DNA of 64,000 nucleotides from Candidatus Gottesmanbacteria bacterium RIFCSPHIGHO2_01_FULL_40_15 (GTDB taxonomy: Bacteria > Patescibacteriota > Microgenomatia > 2-02-FULL-39-11). The translations under genes were made by a program, and so were the position numbers. Location: contig MFJF01000015.1 of assembly GCA_001779115.1 (NCBI GenBank), positions 86,491-150,490 on the forward strand, given 5' to 3'. Shown here piece by piece: positions 38,312 to 46,224 of this stretch; the stretch's first letter is position 1; the number at the start of each line of letters is the position of its first letter. The notes under the pieces were generated by a model that was not told where the DNA came from, did not search any database, and worked only from the letters and a program-made list of their open reading frames with translations.

Positions 38312-39613
38312 ATGGTTACAATGGATAAAATAGTCAGTTTGTGTAAAAGAAGAGGATTTATATTACAAAGCAGCGAGATTTACGGCGGATTGGGATCTTT
38401 CTACGACTACGGTCACTACGGCGTACTTCTTAAAAATAATATTAAAAATCTCTGGTGGCGTGATTATGTTCTTAACAGAAGGGATATTTTCGGTCTTGAT
38501 TCTTCCCTGATACTTCATCCCGATGTTTGGAAAGCTTCCGGCCATCTTTCCTCTTTTACCGATCCTTTAGTTGAATGCAAAAAATGCCGTCGGAGGTTTC
38601 GGGCAGATGATTTGGAGGATGAAAACAGAAAAAACAATATTTGTCCGTCATGTTCCGGAGCATTAACCGGGGAAAAAAGATTTAATCTGATGTTTAAGAC
38701 TTTTATAGGTCCCGTTGAAGATTCAACTTCAGTTGTTTATCTCCGCCCGGAAACCGCCCAGGGAATTTTTGTTAACTTTAAAAATTTCCTATCAACATAC
38801 GGTATGAAAGTGCCGTTCGGAATAGCCCAGATAGGCAAAGCTTTCCGCAATGAAATCACGCCGGGTAATTTTATATTCCGGACACGTGAATTTGAACAGA
38901 TGGAAATTGAATATTTTGTAAAACCGCAAACAGATGAAATTTGGCATAAAAAATGGATCAGAGAAAGATTCGACTGGTATCTTAAATATTCAATTAATGT
39001 GAAAAATCTGCGGTTAAGGGAACACACACCGGACGAATTATCCCATTATTCCAAAGGCACGACTGATATTGAATACCGATTTCCCTGGGGTTGGGGTGAA
39101 CTGGAAGGAATTGCCAACAGGACGGATTTTGATCTTAAAGCCCACCAGAAATACTCAGGAAAAGATCTTACTTATTTTGATGAGGAAAAAAAGAAGAGTT
39201 ATCATCCGTTCGTCATAGAACCATCAGCCGGAGCCGACCGCTCGGTATTGGCTTTTCTGATAGACAGTTTTACCGAAGATGAAAAAAGAATATATCTTAA
39301 GTTGCACCCCTTGATTGCGCCCGTCAAAGCTGCCGTATTTCCTTTGGTATCAAATAAGAAGGAATTGGTTGAATATGCCCGCGATATTTACAGAATGCTT
39401 CAAAATGTATTTATTGTTCACTTTGATGACCGAGGTAATATCGGTAAAAGATACTATTCCCAGGATGAAATAGGCACTCCCTTTTGTATCACTGTTGATT
39501 ATGATACACTTCAGAAAGATTCGGTAACCGTCAGGAACAGGGATACTACCCGGCAGGACAGAGTAAAAAAAGAAAATCTGGTCAGTTTCCTTACGGAGAA
39601 AATATATTCCTAG
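38312..39613 (+). CDS. glyQS: Glycine--tRNA ligase, alpha2 (GlyQS) type
   Basis: 'RRGFILQSSEIYGGLGSFYDYGHYGVLLKNNI...W' N-terminus and class-II motifs (FRNEITPGNFIFRTREFEQMEIEYF). The Zn-binding Cys cluster CKKCRRRF...CPSC insertion is present. Confidence 0.8.
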   Translation: MVTMDKIVSLCKRRGFILQSSEIYGGLGSFYDYGHYGVLLKNNIKNLWWRDYVLNRRDIFGLDSSLILHPDVWKASGHLSSFTDPLVECKKCRRRFRADDLEDENRKNNICPSCSGALTGEKRFNLMFKTFIGPVEDSTSVVYLRPETAQGIFVNFKNFLSTYGMKVPFGIAQIGKAFRNEITPGNFIFRTREFEQMEIEYFVKPQTDEIWHKKWIRERFDWYLKYSINVKNLRLREHTPDELSHYSKGTTDIEYRFPWGWGELEGIANRTDFDLKAHQKYSGKDLTYFDEEKKKSYHPFVIEPSAGADRSVLAFLIDSFTEDEKRIYLKLHPLIAPVKAAVFPLVSNKKELVEYARDIYRMLQNVFIVHFDDRGNIGKRYYSQDEIGTPFCITVDYDTLQKDSVTVRNRDTTRQDRVKKENLVSFLTEKIYS

Positions 39614-39619
39614 AAAACT

Positions 39620-40069
39620 ATGAAAAAATTTATTATTCCGGGTCTTATTTTTTTCCTGATTTTAACTTCAACCATTTGGGTATTAGCCCGCTCAGGTAAA
39701 AAAGAGAGTGAAGTTGAAATTATCCCCACGCCAACAGTCGTTCTGCCCACCATTACCGATGACATCAAAATCGCACTCACCCCATTAAACAGTAACCGTC
39801 AGGTAGTTCTGAAAATTACCGGAATACCCCAAGATATTGAATCAATCGAATATGAATTGACTTATCTTACCGGGGATGGTTTACCGCGCGGAGTTTTGGG
39901 CCAGATAACCATTGACGGTGAAAGTGAAGTGGAAAGAGATGATATTGTTTTGGGAACCTGCTCAAGCGGCAGATGTGTTTATGATTCCGGGGTGGAATCA
40001 ATTGACTTGTCTTTGAAATTTAACGGCCGTTCCGGAGTCTCTGTTTACCGGAAAACATATAAGTTGTAA
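39620..40069 (+). CDS. Hypothetical membrane-anchored/secreted protein
   Basis: 149 aa with an N-terminal TM or signal helix. No recognisable family. Confidence 0.3.
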   Translation: MKKFIIPGLIFFLILTSTIWVLARSGKKESEVEIIPTPTVVLPTITDDIKIALTPLNSNRQVVLKITGIPQDIESIEYELTYLTGDGLPRGVLGQITIDGESEVERDDIVLGTCSSGRCVYDSGVESIDLSLKFNGRSGVSVYRKTYKL

Positions 40070-40091
40070 AATATTAGTTACAAATAACAAA

Positions 40092-41693
40092 ATGATTTAC
40101 GTCTATATTGGTGATACAGCCATAGAGGTAGTTGAAACCAAAAAGCCTTTATTAACGGGTAGCGATAAAATAATCTCCTGTTCCCGAAAAATCCTATCCG
40201 AAAAAATTATTGAAGAAGGAAAAGTCACCGATGAACCCGGATTGATTGACGCGTTAAAAACTGCTTTAAAAAACGCTTATCCGGCAGAAATAAAAAATGG
40301 CGAGGTTGGAGCTGTAATACCGGATTTTAATATTACCGTAAAAAGAATTAATTTTCCGGCACAAACAAAACCGACCACGGAATTAATTCTTAGTGAAGCA
40401 AAAAAATATATTCCGGGCGATATCGCCGGTTATGAAAATTACTACAAGGAAGTAAAATCGGAAAGCGGAGTTCAAATCCTTTATACCGCCATTCCGGTTG
40501 ATTTAATTCTTTCATATGCCTCAATTTTTAAAAAGACCGGCCTCAATCTGACATTTTTATCTTCAACTTCATTTTCCCTTTATGCCCTTTTGCAAAACAG
40601 CGGTATTTTAGGCAGCGGGGTTTATTATGCCGACATTGGTGAAGACATAAAATTGTATCTTATGGATGCTATCGGCCCTTCAGGATTCTGGCATAAAAAA
40701 GTAACCGGCAAAACTTTTGTACCTGACCTCAAAGCTCTACTGAAAAAGGCGGTTGAAGAATCCGGCTTTTCAGGCTTGAGATTATTAATCGGCGGCGAAA
40801 AATCCCTGGAAGTTAATCCCCAGGAACTGACCAAAGCACTGGACACGGACACGTTGAAAATGGGACCGGTCCTGGACGAGATAGTCTCCAAAGAAAAAAT
40901 TAATTTCGATACCGGCGGCGTCCCGAGTGTTTACTTTGATAAAGTCTTGGGACTTATAAATCTGTCAAAGATGGCTGATGTGCCGAATTTTGCCGCTGAT
41001 TTAAAAAGTATCAGCAAAACAGGAAGTGTTGTGCCGGATCCCTCTCAGAAACCATCACTACCTATGGTAGTTGAAGAAGAAAAGGAAGAAAAACCAGAAC
41101 CGGAAGAAGAAAAAGTAAGGGAAATCTCCGAAGAAATAAAAGATACACCGGATGAAATTAAAGTTAAACCTTCTCCACTGATTACCGATAATATTATCGA
41201 ATACAAAAAATCTCCCTGGCAATCCGCCTTCAGCAGCCGTTTCCTGATATTAGGTTTATTCCTGTCAATAGCTCTTATTCTGGGCGGAAGTTTCCTGGTA
41301 ATCGGTCAAAGCGGTTCATTGAAAGTGCCTTTTATCTCATCACCGTCATTAACACCGACACCGACCCAGGTTCCTTCTGTTACCCCGACCCCGACGGTTG
41401 ATCCGAATTTGGAAAGAACTGATGTCACTCTTTCAGTCTTAAACGGTACGGATAAATCCGGCTTTGCCCGTACAGCTGCTGATGAATTGGAAAGTTTAGG
41501 ATATGAAGATATTAATGTCGGCAATGCTGATAAGGATGATTATCCAAAAACTGTAATAAGAATAAAGGATGAATCAAGAAAATACCTTCCGCTTATAATA
41601 AATGATCTGAAAGATAAATTTGACACCTCGACTGTCGAAACCCTCCAGGAAGATTCCCAGTACGACGCCGTTATAGTATTGGGCGCCTCCTGA
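40092..41693 (+). CDS. Fusion protein: PilM/FtsA-like actin-fold domain + acidic linker + TM helix + Pro/Thr linker + LytR_C domain
   Basis: N-terminal ~300 aa follow the PilM layout (IGDTAIEVVE...; AVIPDFNITVKRINFP; EAKKYIPGDIAGYENYY; KKTGLNLTFLSSTSFSLYALL). An EEEKEEKPEPEEEK low-complexity stretch follows, then a single TM helix (FLILGLFLSIALILGGSFLVIG), a TPTPT linker, and a C-terminal 'VLNGTDKSGFARTAADELESLGY...VIVLG' matching LytR_C. Confidence 0.45.
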   Translation: MIYVYIGDTAIEVVETKKPLLTGSDKIISCSRKILSEKIIEEGKVTDEPGLIDALKTALKNAYPAEIKNGEVGAVIPDFNITVKRINFPAQTKPTTELILSEAKKYIPGDIAGYENYYKEVKSESGVQILYTAIPVDLILSYASIFKKTGLNLTFLSSTSFSLYALLQNSGILGSGVYYADIGEDIKLYLMDAIGPSGFWHKKVTGKTFVPDLKALLKKAVEESGFSGLRLLIGGEKSLEVNPQELTKALDTDTLKMGPVLDEIVSKEKINFDTGGVPSVYFDKVLGLINLSKMADVPNFAADLKSISKTGSVVPDPSQKPSLPMVVEEEKEEKPEPEEEKVREISEEIKDTPDEIKVKPSPLITDNIIEYKKSPWQSAFSSRFLILGLFLSIALILGGSFLVIGQSGSLKVPFISSPSLTPTPTQVPSVTPTPTVDPNLERTDVTLSVLNGTDKSGFARTAADELESLGYEDINVGNADKDDYPKTVIRIKDESRKYLPLIINDLKDKFDTSTVETLQEDSQYDAVIVLGAS

Positions 41694-41706
41694 CATATCC
41701 ACAATG

Positions 41707-43446
41707 CTATTGCCGAGTGTTGTTTCCGGTGATAATTTGTAAGTTATGCTTCGCTTCCTCAAAGTCGGGATTCAGTTTTAAGGCTTCTCGGAACTGCTGC
41801 TCTGCAAGAACTACATTGCCTTCTGAGAAATACAAGTTACCTAGGTTATAATGAAAAGTGGCACTTCTCGGATTTTCCTCTAATGCCTTCTGTAATAATG
41901 TCTGACCTTTTTGTGAGTTGCCGCTTCGTAGATACATGAGAGCGTATGTCTCAATCAAGCTGGCGTCATGAGGAAAGTAGATTAGAAGAGCTTCGTAGTG
42001 CTTTCCCGCACTTTCCCAATCACTCAATCGTTCATACACAGAAGCTAGTTGTTCGTGAATTGCAATATCGTATGCCTCCTGCGATCGAGAGGCCGTTCTC
42101 TGGTTGAGCGCATATGCAGTTTGGAGTTCCCTAACCGCCTCAGATAGTTGATTTTGGTTGGCAAGACTCAGTCCCAAGGCAATACGGGGTCTTACTTTAT
42201 TAGGTGATTTCGCCACAACATCTGACCAAAGCTTATATTCACTGCTCCAGATGTCATTGCGTCTTACTGTTGCAAAAATAAGAAGAGCAAATATCGAGAA
42301 TAGGGCAAAAGTAGCAATATGTCTACGGTTAGGCGTTCCAAGCTTACTGTATATATATGCATATCCAATACTCACGAGGATAAAAAATCCTACAGAAGGA
42401 AGATACACGCGGTGTTCGTTAATGACATCAGTAATGGGTATGATTGTGGATTCGACCAAAAGAGCTATGAAGAAAAATAGCACGCCGAATGCTGCTAATC
42501 GGTTGGTTTTAGAAATTGCAAGAGCACCAGTCAAGATACTTAACAAAAGCAATAGTGAGGCTGTCATATTAGGTTCCAGCAGGGATCGAGAAATGGGGTA
42601 ATCGTAGTCCAGATTCTGTCTTACCGGAAAGATAAGAAGTCTTATGTATGTTCGAATTACATTCAGTTGCGTCAGAATATAATCTGTACGTGATAAAGAA
42701 GGTGTACCGGATGGAAGCGAGATGAGCGCAAGAATATTAGAGTTAGAGATTTCGATCGCTATTAAGTAGGCGGTCAAAGGTATGGCGAAAAAAGGCAGAA
42801 GCAAAACAACCTGTTTTTTCCATGGACGTCCACTTGGAAAAAAAAGTGAAAGCGAAACAAGCGTGATGGGTAAAGTGAATGCAATCTCCTTGCATATTAA
42901 CGTAACCCCCATGGCGATGAATGCGCCGATGTATGGCATCAAACGCAGTTTCTCTCTGGTGGCTTTAAGATACAATAGCATTGTAGAAAGATAGAAAAAG
43001 GCTGCCATCAAGGTAAGACGCTGGGAGACATAAGTTACCGCTTGTGTCTGTATGGGATGTACAAGAAAAAGAACTGCAGCGGTGAAGGGAATAATATGAT
43101 GTGAGACGCTTCCATCAACCTTTAGGTTTCGAGTCTTCAGGATAAGTCGCAGAAGGAAGAAAATTAGCAGTGAGTTTGCTATATGGAGCGTGACATTGAA
43201 CAGGTGGTATCCGAACACGTCCCAACCGCCTATGCGAAAGTTTATGGCAAAACTGTAATAGGGGAGAAATCGTAGGCGGTGAACCTGCAAGTGAGGAATT
43301 ACTTCAAGTTGTGTCGTTAGAGGATTTTTTAGAATGCCGTTAATGTCATCGAAAATAAAGGGAACATGTAGACTGTTGGTGTAAGAAAATATTCCAAACA
43401 GGATAATAATTACAATAAAAACCGTTGAATACGGAAAATTTCTCAT
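41707..43446 (-). CDS. Polytopic membrane protein with C-terminal tetratricopeptide repeats (TMTC/PMT_2-like putative glycosyltransferase)
   Basis: 579 aa. The N-terminal ~400 aa are polytopic. The C-terminal ~170 aa contain TPR-like repeats (AYALNQRTASRSQEAYDIAIHEQLASVYERLSDWESAGKHYEALL...ALKLNPDFEEAKHNL). GC content is noticeably higher than in surrounding genes. Confidence 0.6.
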   Translation of the reverse strand: MRNFPYSTVFIVIIILFGIFSYTNSLHVPFIFDDINGILKNPLTTQLEVIPHLQVHRLRFLPYYSFAINFRIGGWDVFGYHLFNVTLHIANSLLIFFLLRLILKTRNLKVDGSVSHHIIPFTAAVLFLVHPIQTQAVTYVSQRLTLMAAFFYLSTMLLYLKATREKLRLMPYIGAFIAMGVTLICKEIAFTLPITLVSLSLFFPSGRPWKKQVVLLLPFFAIPLTAYLIAIEISNSNILALISLPSGTPSLSRTDYILTQLNVIRTYIRLLIFPVRQNLDYDYPISRSLLEPNMTASLLLLLSILTGALAISKTNRLAAFGVLFFFIALLVESTIIPITDVINEHRVYLPSVGFFILVSIGYAYIYSKLGTPNRRHIATFALFSIFALLIFATVRRNDIWSSEYKLWSDVVAKSPNKVRPRIALGLSLANQNQLSEAVRELQTAYALNQRTASRSQEAYDIAIHEQLASVYERLSDWESAGKHYEALLIYFPHDASLIETYALMYLRSGNSQKGQTLLQKALEENPRSATFHYNLGNLYFSEGNVVLAEQQFREALKLNPDFEEAKHNLQIITGNNTRQ

Positions 43447-43585
43447 GCGGTTACATTATACATATAGAGCCTTGATGAGAATGTTATTAAATACTTTTCT
43501 TCAGTAAAAAAAAGTTGTTTTCCGTTTATCAGTCGACAAAAAGACTGAACTATTAAAAAATCTCAGAACAAGTAATCCCGAGGTT

Positions 43586-44374
43586 TTACCGTACGACCAT
43601 TTCTTTCGGAAGCATTGCTTTGATGGATTCTGCAATTTGAAGTGAAACGTCTTTTTTATCGGAAGAGCGGGGAATGAGCGGTTCTCCGATTTGAAGATAA
43701 GGCATCCCGTTTAAGCTTACTGCAATGGCTACAGGCAAAACTTTACCTCCGAATGTTTCAACGGTATCAATTGCAATTTGTCCTGCACCGTGTCGGAGGT
43801 CTGAATCTTTTTTTGTTTGATTTATATTTTCGCCCCAATCTCCTTCCCCGGCCAGAGCTACAATTCCGCCCCGGGCAAGTTGAGAACGAATAGCTGAATT
43901 TACCTTCTTTCTGCCTTCCCGATAATCCGGTCGAAGCTTATTATTGGGAACAAGAAGAATGCGGGTTGTCTCGTCGTCATTAATATTATAAATATAAGCC
44001 AGTTTTTTCATGAAAGATATGCTCCATGGGAAATAAGCATTTTTTTTTGAAGGAATCTCGCCGGCGGCAATTAGAGTAATGTCTTTTCTTCCTGCTATAT
44101 CATCATCCGAGAGAATCGCCAGCAATGTAAAAATCCCTTCTACCAGCACAGGAGTTACCGGATGATTAAAAACAATAAAAACGGAAGTGTTGCCGATATG
44201 ATTCAGATTTTCCTGTCCGAAGATTTGAATTTTATTTTTCATCCGGATTCGGTTTGAATCCTCATACAGATCCCGTTTATTTCCCATATAAAGGGAGTAG
44301 ATTATTTCTCCGGCAAGCTTGGGAGGAAATCGGCTGATTGTTCTGCTAATATCCAACTCCGGTCGCAATCCCAT
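43586..44374 (-). CDS. Hypothetical protein (weak resemblance to lysophospholipid acyltransferase fold)
   Basis: 262 aa. 'VFIVFNHPV' and 'ALAGEGDWG' loosely resemble acyltransferase motifs I and III but are not canonical. Same strand and composition as the TPR gene. Confidence 0.3.
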   Translation of the reverse strand: MGLRPELDISRTISRFPPKLAGEIIYSLYMGNKRDLYEDSNRIRMKNKIQIFGQENLNHIGNTSVFIVFNHPVTPVLVEGIFTLLAILSDDDIAGRKDITLIAAGEIPSKKNAYFPWSISFMKKLAYIYNINDDETTRILLVPNNKLRPDYREGRKKVNSAIRSQLARGGIVALAGEGDWGENINQTKKDSDLRHGAGQIAIDTVETFGGKVLPVAIAVSLNGMPYLQIGEPLIPRSSDKKDVSLQIAESIKAMLPKEMVVR

Positions 44375-44511
44375 AATTTCCTATAAAGGGCAGGAAATTT
44401 ATTCCAGTATAATACAATAAAAATAAGAAAGATCATACTTCTTCTGAAATTCGATTCCCGATATCTGATGCAGTTTTGCTCCGGATGCGGATTGATTTTA
44501 GTTGTTGCCTC

Positions 44512-44540
44512 TTGACAAATGGCTCCCTGCGTTGCATTAT
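44512..44540 (+). promoter_or_regulatory. Candidate sigma70-type promoter of the mraZ/dcw operon (TTGACA-17nt-CATTAT)
   Basis: Perfect -35 TTGACA at 44512-44517, a 17-nt spacer, and a -10-like CATTAT at 44535-44540 in the 230-bp divergent intergenic region upstream of mraZ. Confidence 0.35.
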
Positions 44541-44549
44541 GGGTATAAA

Positions 44550-44575
44550 TGGTGATAATTGGTGAATATTGTAGA
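44550..44575 (+). promoter_or_regulatory. Three direct hexamer repeats at 10-bp periodicity (TGGTGA / TGGTGA / TGTAGA): putative MraZ operator
   Basis: TGGTGATAAT-TGGTGAATAT-TGTAGA lies between the candidate promoter and the mraZ start. MraZ is known to bind arrays of direct repeats with about 10-bp phasing in its own promoter region. Confidence 0.4.
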
Positions 44576-44604
44576 TTTATATCCCTGGTGAGCAAAGTCG
44601 AACC

Positions 44605-45006
44605 ATGTTTTTAGGTACTTTTGAACCGAATTTAATGGAAAAAGGCCGGCTGGCCCTACCCAAGAAAATAAGGGAAGAATTGGGCGGCCGCCGTCTTGTC
44701 CTGACAATCGGATTTGATCATTGTATTTTCGGTTTTACGGAAAAAATGTGGGAGACGGTTACCGGTCCGGAGATGTCCCGGCCGCTTTTTTCCGATAAAG
44801 TCGGCCGTGATCTAAGAAGAAAAATGTTTTCGGAAGCCATAAGCATTGAACTTGACAGTCAGGGCAGATTCGTCATTCCGGCCAATATGATCGATTTTGC
44901 TCAAATTACGGACACGATCAGAATAATAGGCGCCGGTGATCATTTTGAAATCTGGAATAAAAATAAATGGGAGGAGTACCGGGCAGAGATGATTAAAAGT
45001 CAATAG
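44605..45006 (+). CDS. mraZ: Transcriptional regulator MraZ
   Basis: 'MFLGTFEPNLMEKGRLALPKKIREEL' and a second half 'DSQGRFVIPANMIDFAQI' match the duplicated MraZ/SpoVT-AbrB-like halves. It sits first in the dcw cluster. Confidence 0.8.
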   Translation: MFLGTFEPNLMEKGRLALPKKIREELGGRRLVLTIGFDHCIFGFTEKMWETVTGPEMSRPLFSDKVGRDLRRKMFSEAISIELDSQGRFVIPANMIDFAQITDTIRIIGAGDHFEIWNKNKWEEYRAEMIKSQ

Positions 45007-45019
45007 AATCATTCTGCCT

Positions 45020-45934
45020 ATGATTGTATCTGAATATCATCGCCCGGTACTTCTCCGCAAAGTCCTTGATCTTTTAAAAATCGAAAAAGGCAGGATCTAC
45101 CTTGACGCTACCGTTGGCGGGGGAGGTTATACCAGGGAAATCTTAAAAAAAGGCGGATTTGTGTTGGCCTTGGATGCCGATATAAACGCGGTTGAGTTTT
45201 TAAGAAAAGATGCTGATCTGGCCGGCTTTTTGGCAAGAGGCGAATTGATTCTGGAAAATGAGAATTTTATACGGGTTGAAGAAATTGCGGATAAACACGG
45301 GATTCAAAAATTTCAGGGAGCCGTCTTTGATCTGGGTCTTTCTTCGTACCAGCTGGATAAGTCCGGAAGGGGGTTTTCCTTCCGTAAAAATGAGCCGCTT
45401 GATATGAGATTTGACACCGGGGGCAGAGTAAAAGCCAGTGACATATTAAATACCTATTCGGAAAAGGAGCTTTATGAAATATTTACGAAATATGCTGAGG
45501 AACTCCATTCTCGGTCAGTTGCTGTTGCTGTTCTTCGCGCCCGTTCCCTGAAGGGAAATATTACAACTACAGGGCAATTGAACGAGATTATCAGGAGTGC
45601 CGTACCGGTTACCAATAAAAAACAGCTGGATAAATCATTAAGAATGATATATCAGGCTCTAAGAATTGCCGTAAACCGGGAATTGGAAAATTTGCTGGAA
45701 GGACTGGAAAATTCCATACACCGGTTGGGGACGGAAGGAAGAATAGCTGTTTTAAGCTACCATTCGTTGGAGGACCGGATAGTTAAAAGACTGTTTGATG
45801 ATTACCGGAAAAAAGCAGTATTAAGAATAATTACCGGCCGGCCGGAAAGACCCGAATGGAATGAAATTAAGGAAAATCGCCGGGCCAAATCGGCCAAGTT
45901 AAGAGTCGGGGAAATGATAACAAACGGTTTATGA
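45020..45934 (+). CDS. rsmH: 16S rRNA (cytosine1402-N4)-methyltransferase RsmH (MraW)
   Basis: 'YHRPVLLRKVLDLL.....IYLDATVGGGGYTREIL' and 'GRIAVLSYHSLEDRIVK' signatures. Confidence 0.85.
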   Translation: MIVSEYHRPVLLRKVLDLLKIEKGRIYLDATVGGGGYTREILKKGGFVLALDADINAVEFLRKDADLAGFLARGELILENENFIRVEEIADKHGIQKFQGAVFDLGLSSYQLDKSGRGFSFRKNEPLDMRFDTGGRVKASDILNTYSEKELYEIFTKYAEELHSRSVAVAVLRARSLKGNITTTGQLNEIIRSAVPVTNKKQLDKSLRMIYQALRIAVNRELENLLEGLENSIHRLGTEGRIAVLSYHSLEDRIVKRLFDDYRKKAVLRIITGRPERPEWNEIKENRRAKSAKLRVGEMITNGL

Positions 45935-46218
45935 AAAAAATATTAACATTTTTCAGTTTAATAATGACGGTTATGTTTGTAATATTCAGGGTCGTCATTC
46001 TCAATTATGATTCAACCAAAGGGGTGGAATATGAACTGCTTAATCTGAAATTAAAATCATTGGAAATTGAAAATTCACTTCTTTCACAACGAATCGCATC
46101 TTCATCTTCCATAATCAGTTTATCCCAAAAAGCAAAATTACTGGGTTTTAAATCGGATACGGAAATAGTATCATTATACGGACCCCAACCGTTGGCTGCT
46201 GTTGCCAATACTCTTTAA
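45931..46218 (+). CDS. ftsL: Cell division protein FtsL/DivIC-like (single TM + coiled coil)
   Basis: 95 aa with an N-terminal TM helix and a heptad-like 'ELLNLKLKSLEIENSLLSQRI' segment. It holds the canonical position between rsmH and ftsI. Confidence 0.5.
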   Translation: MKKILTFFSLIMTVMFVIFRVVILNYDSTKGVEYELLNLKLKSLEIENSLLSQRIASSSSIISLSQKAKLLGFKSDTEIVSLYGPQPLAAVANTL

Positions 46219-46224
46219 AAGGGT

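Noticed and set aside
43447-43585. 139-bp gap upstream of the TPR-membrane gene as a possible small RNA
   Set aside because: It contains only an A/T-rich promoter-like sequence with no stable structure or conserved motif discernible by eye, so it is treated as an ordinary promoter region.
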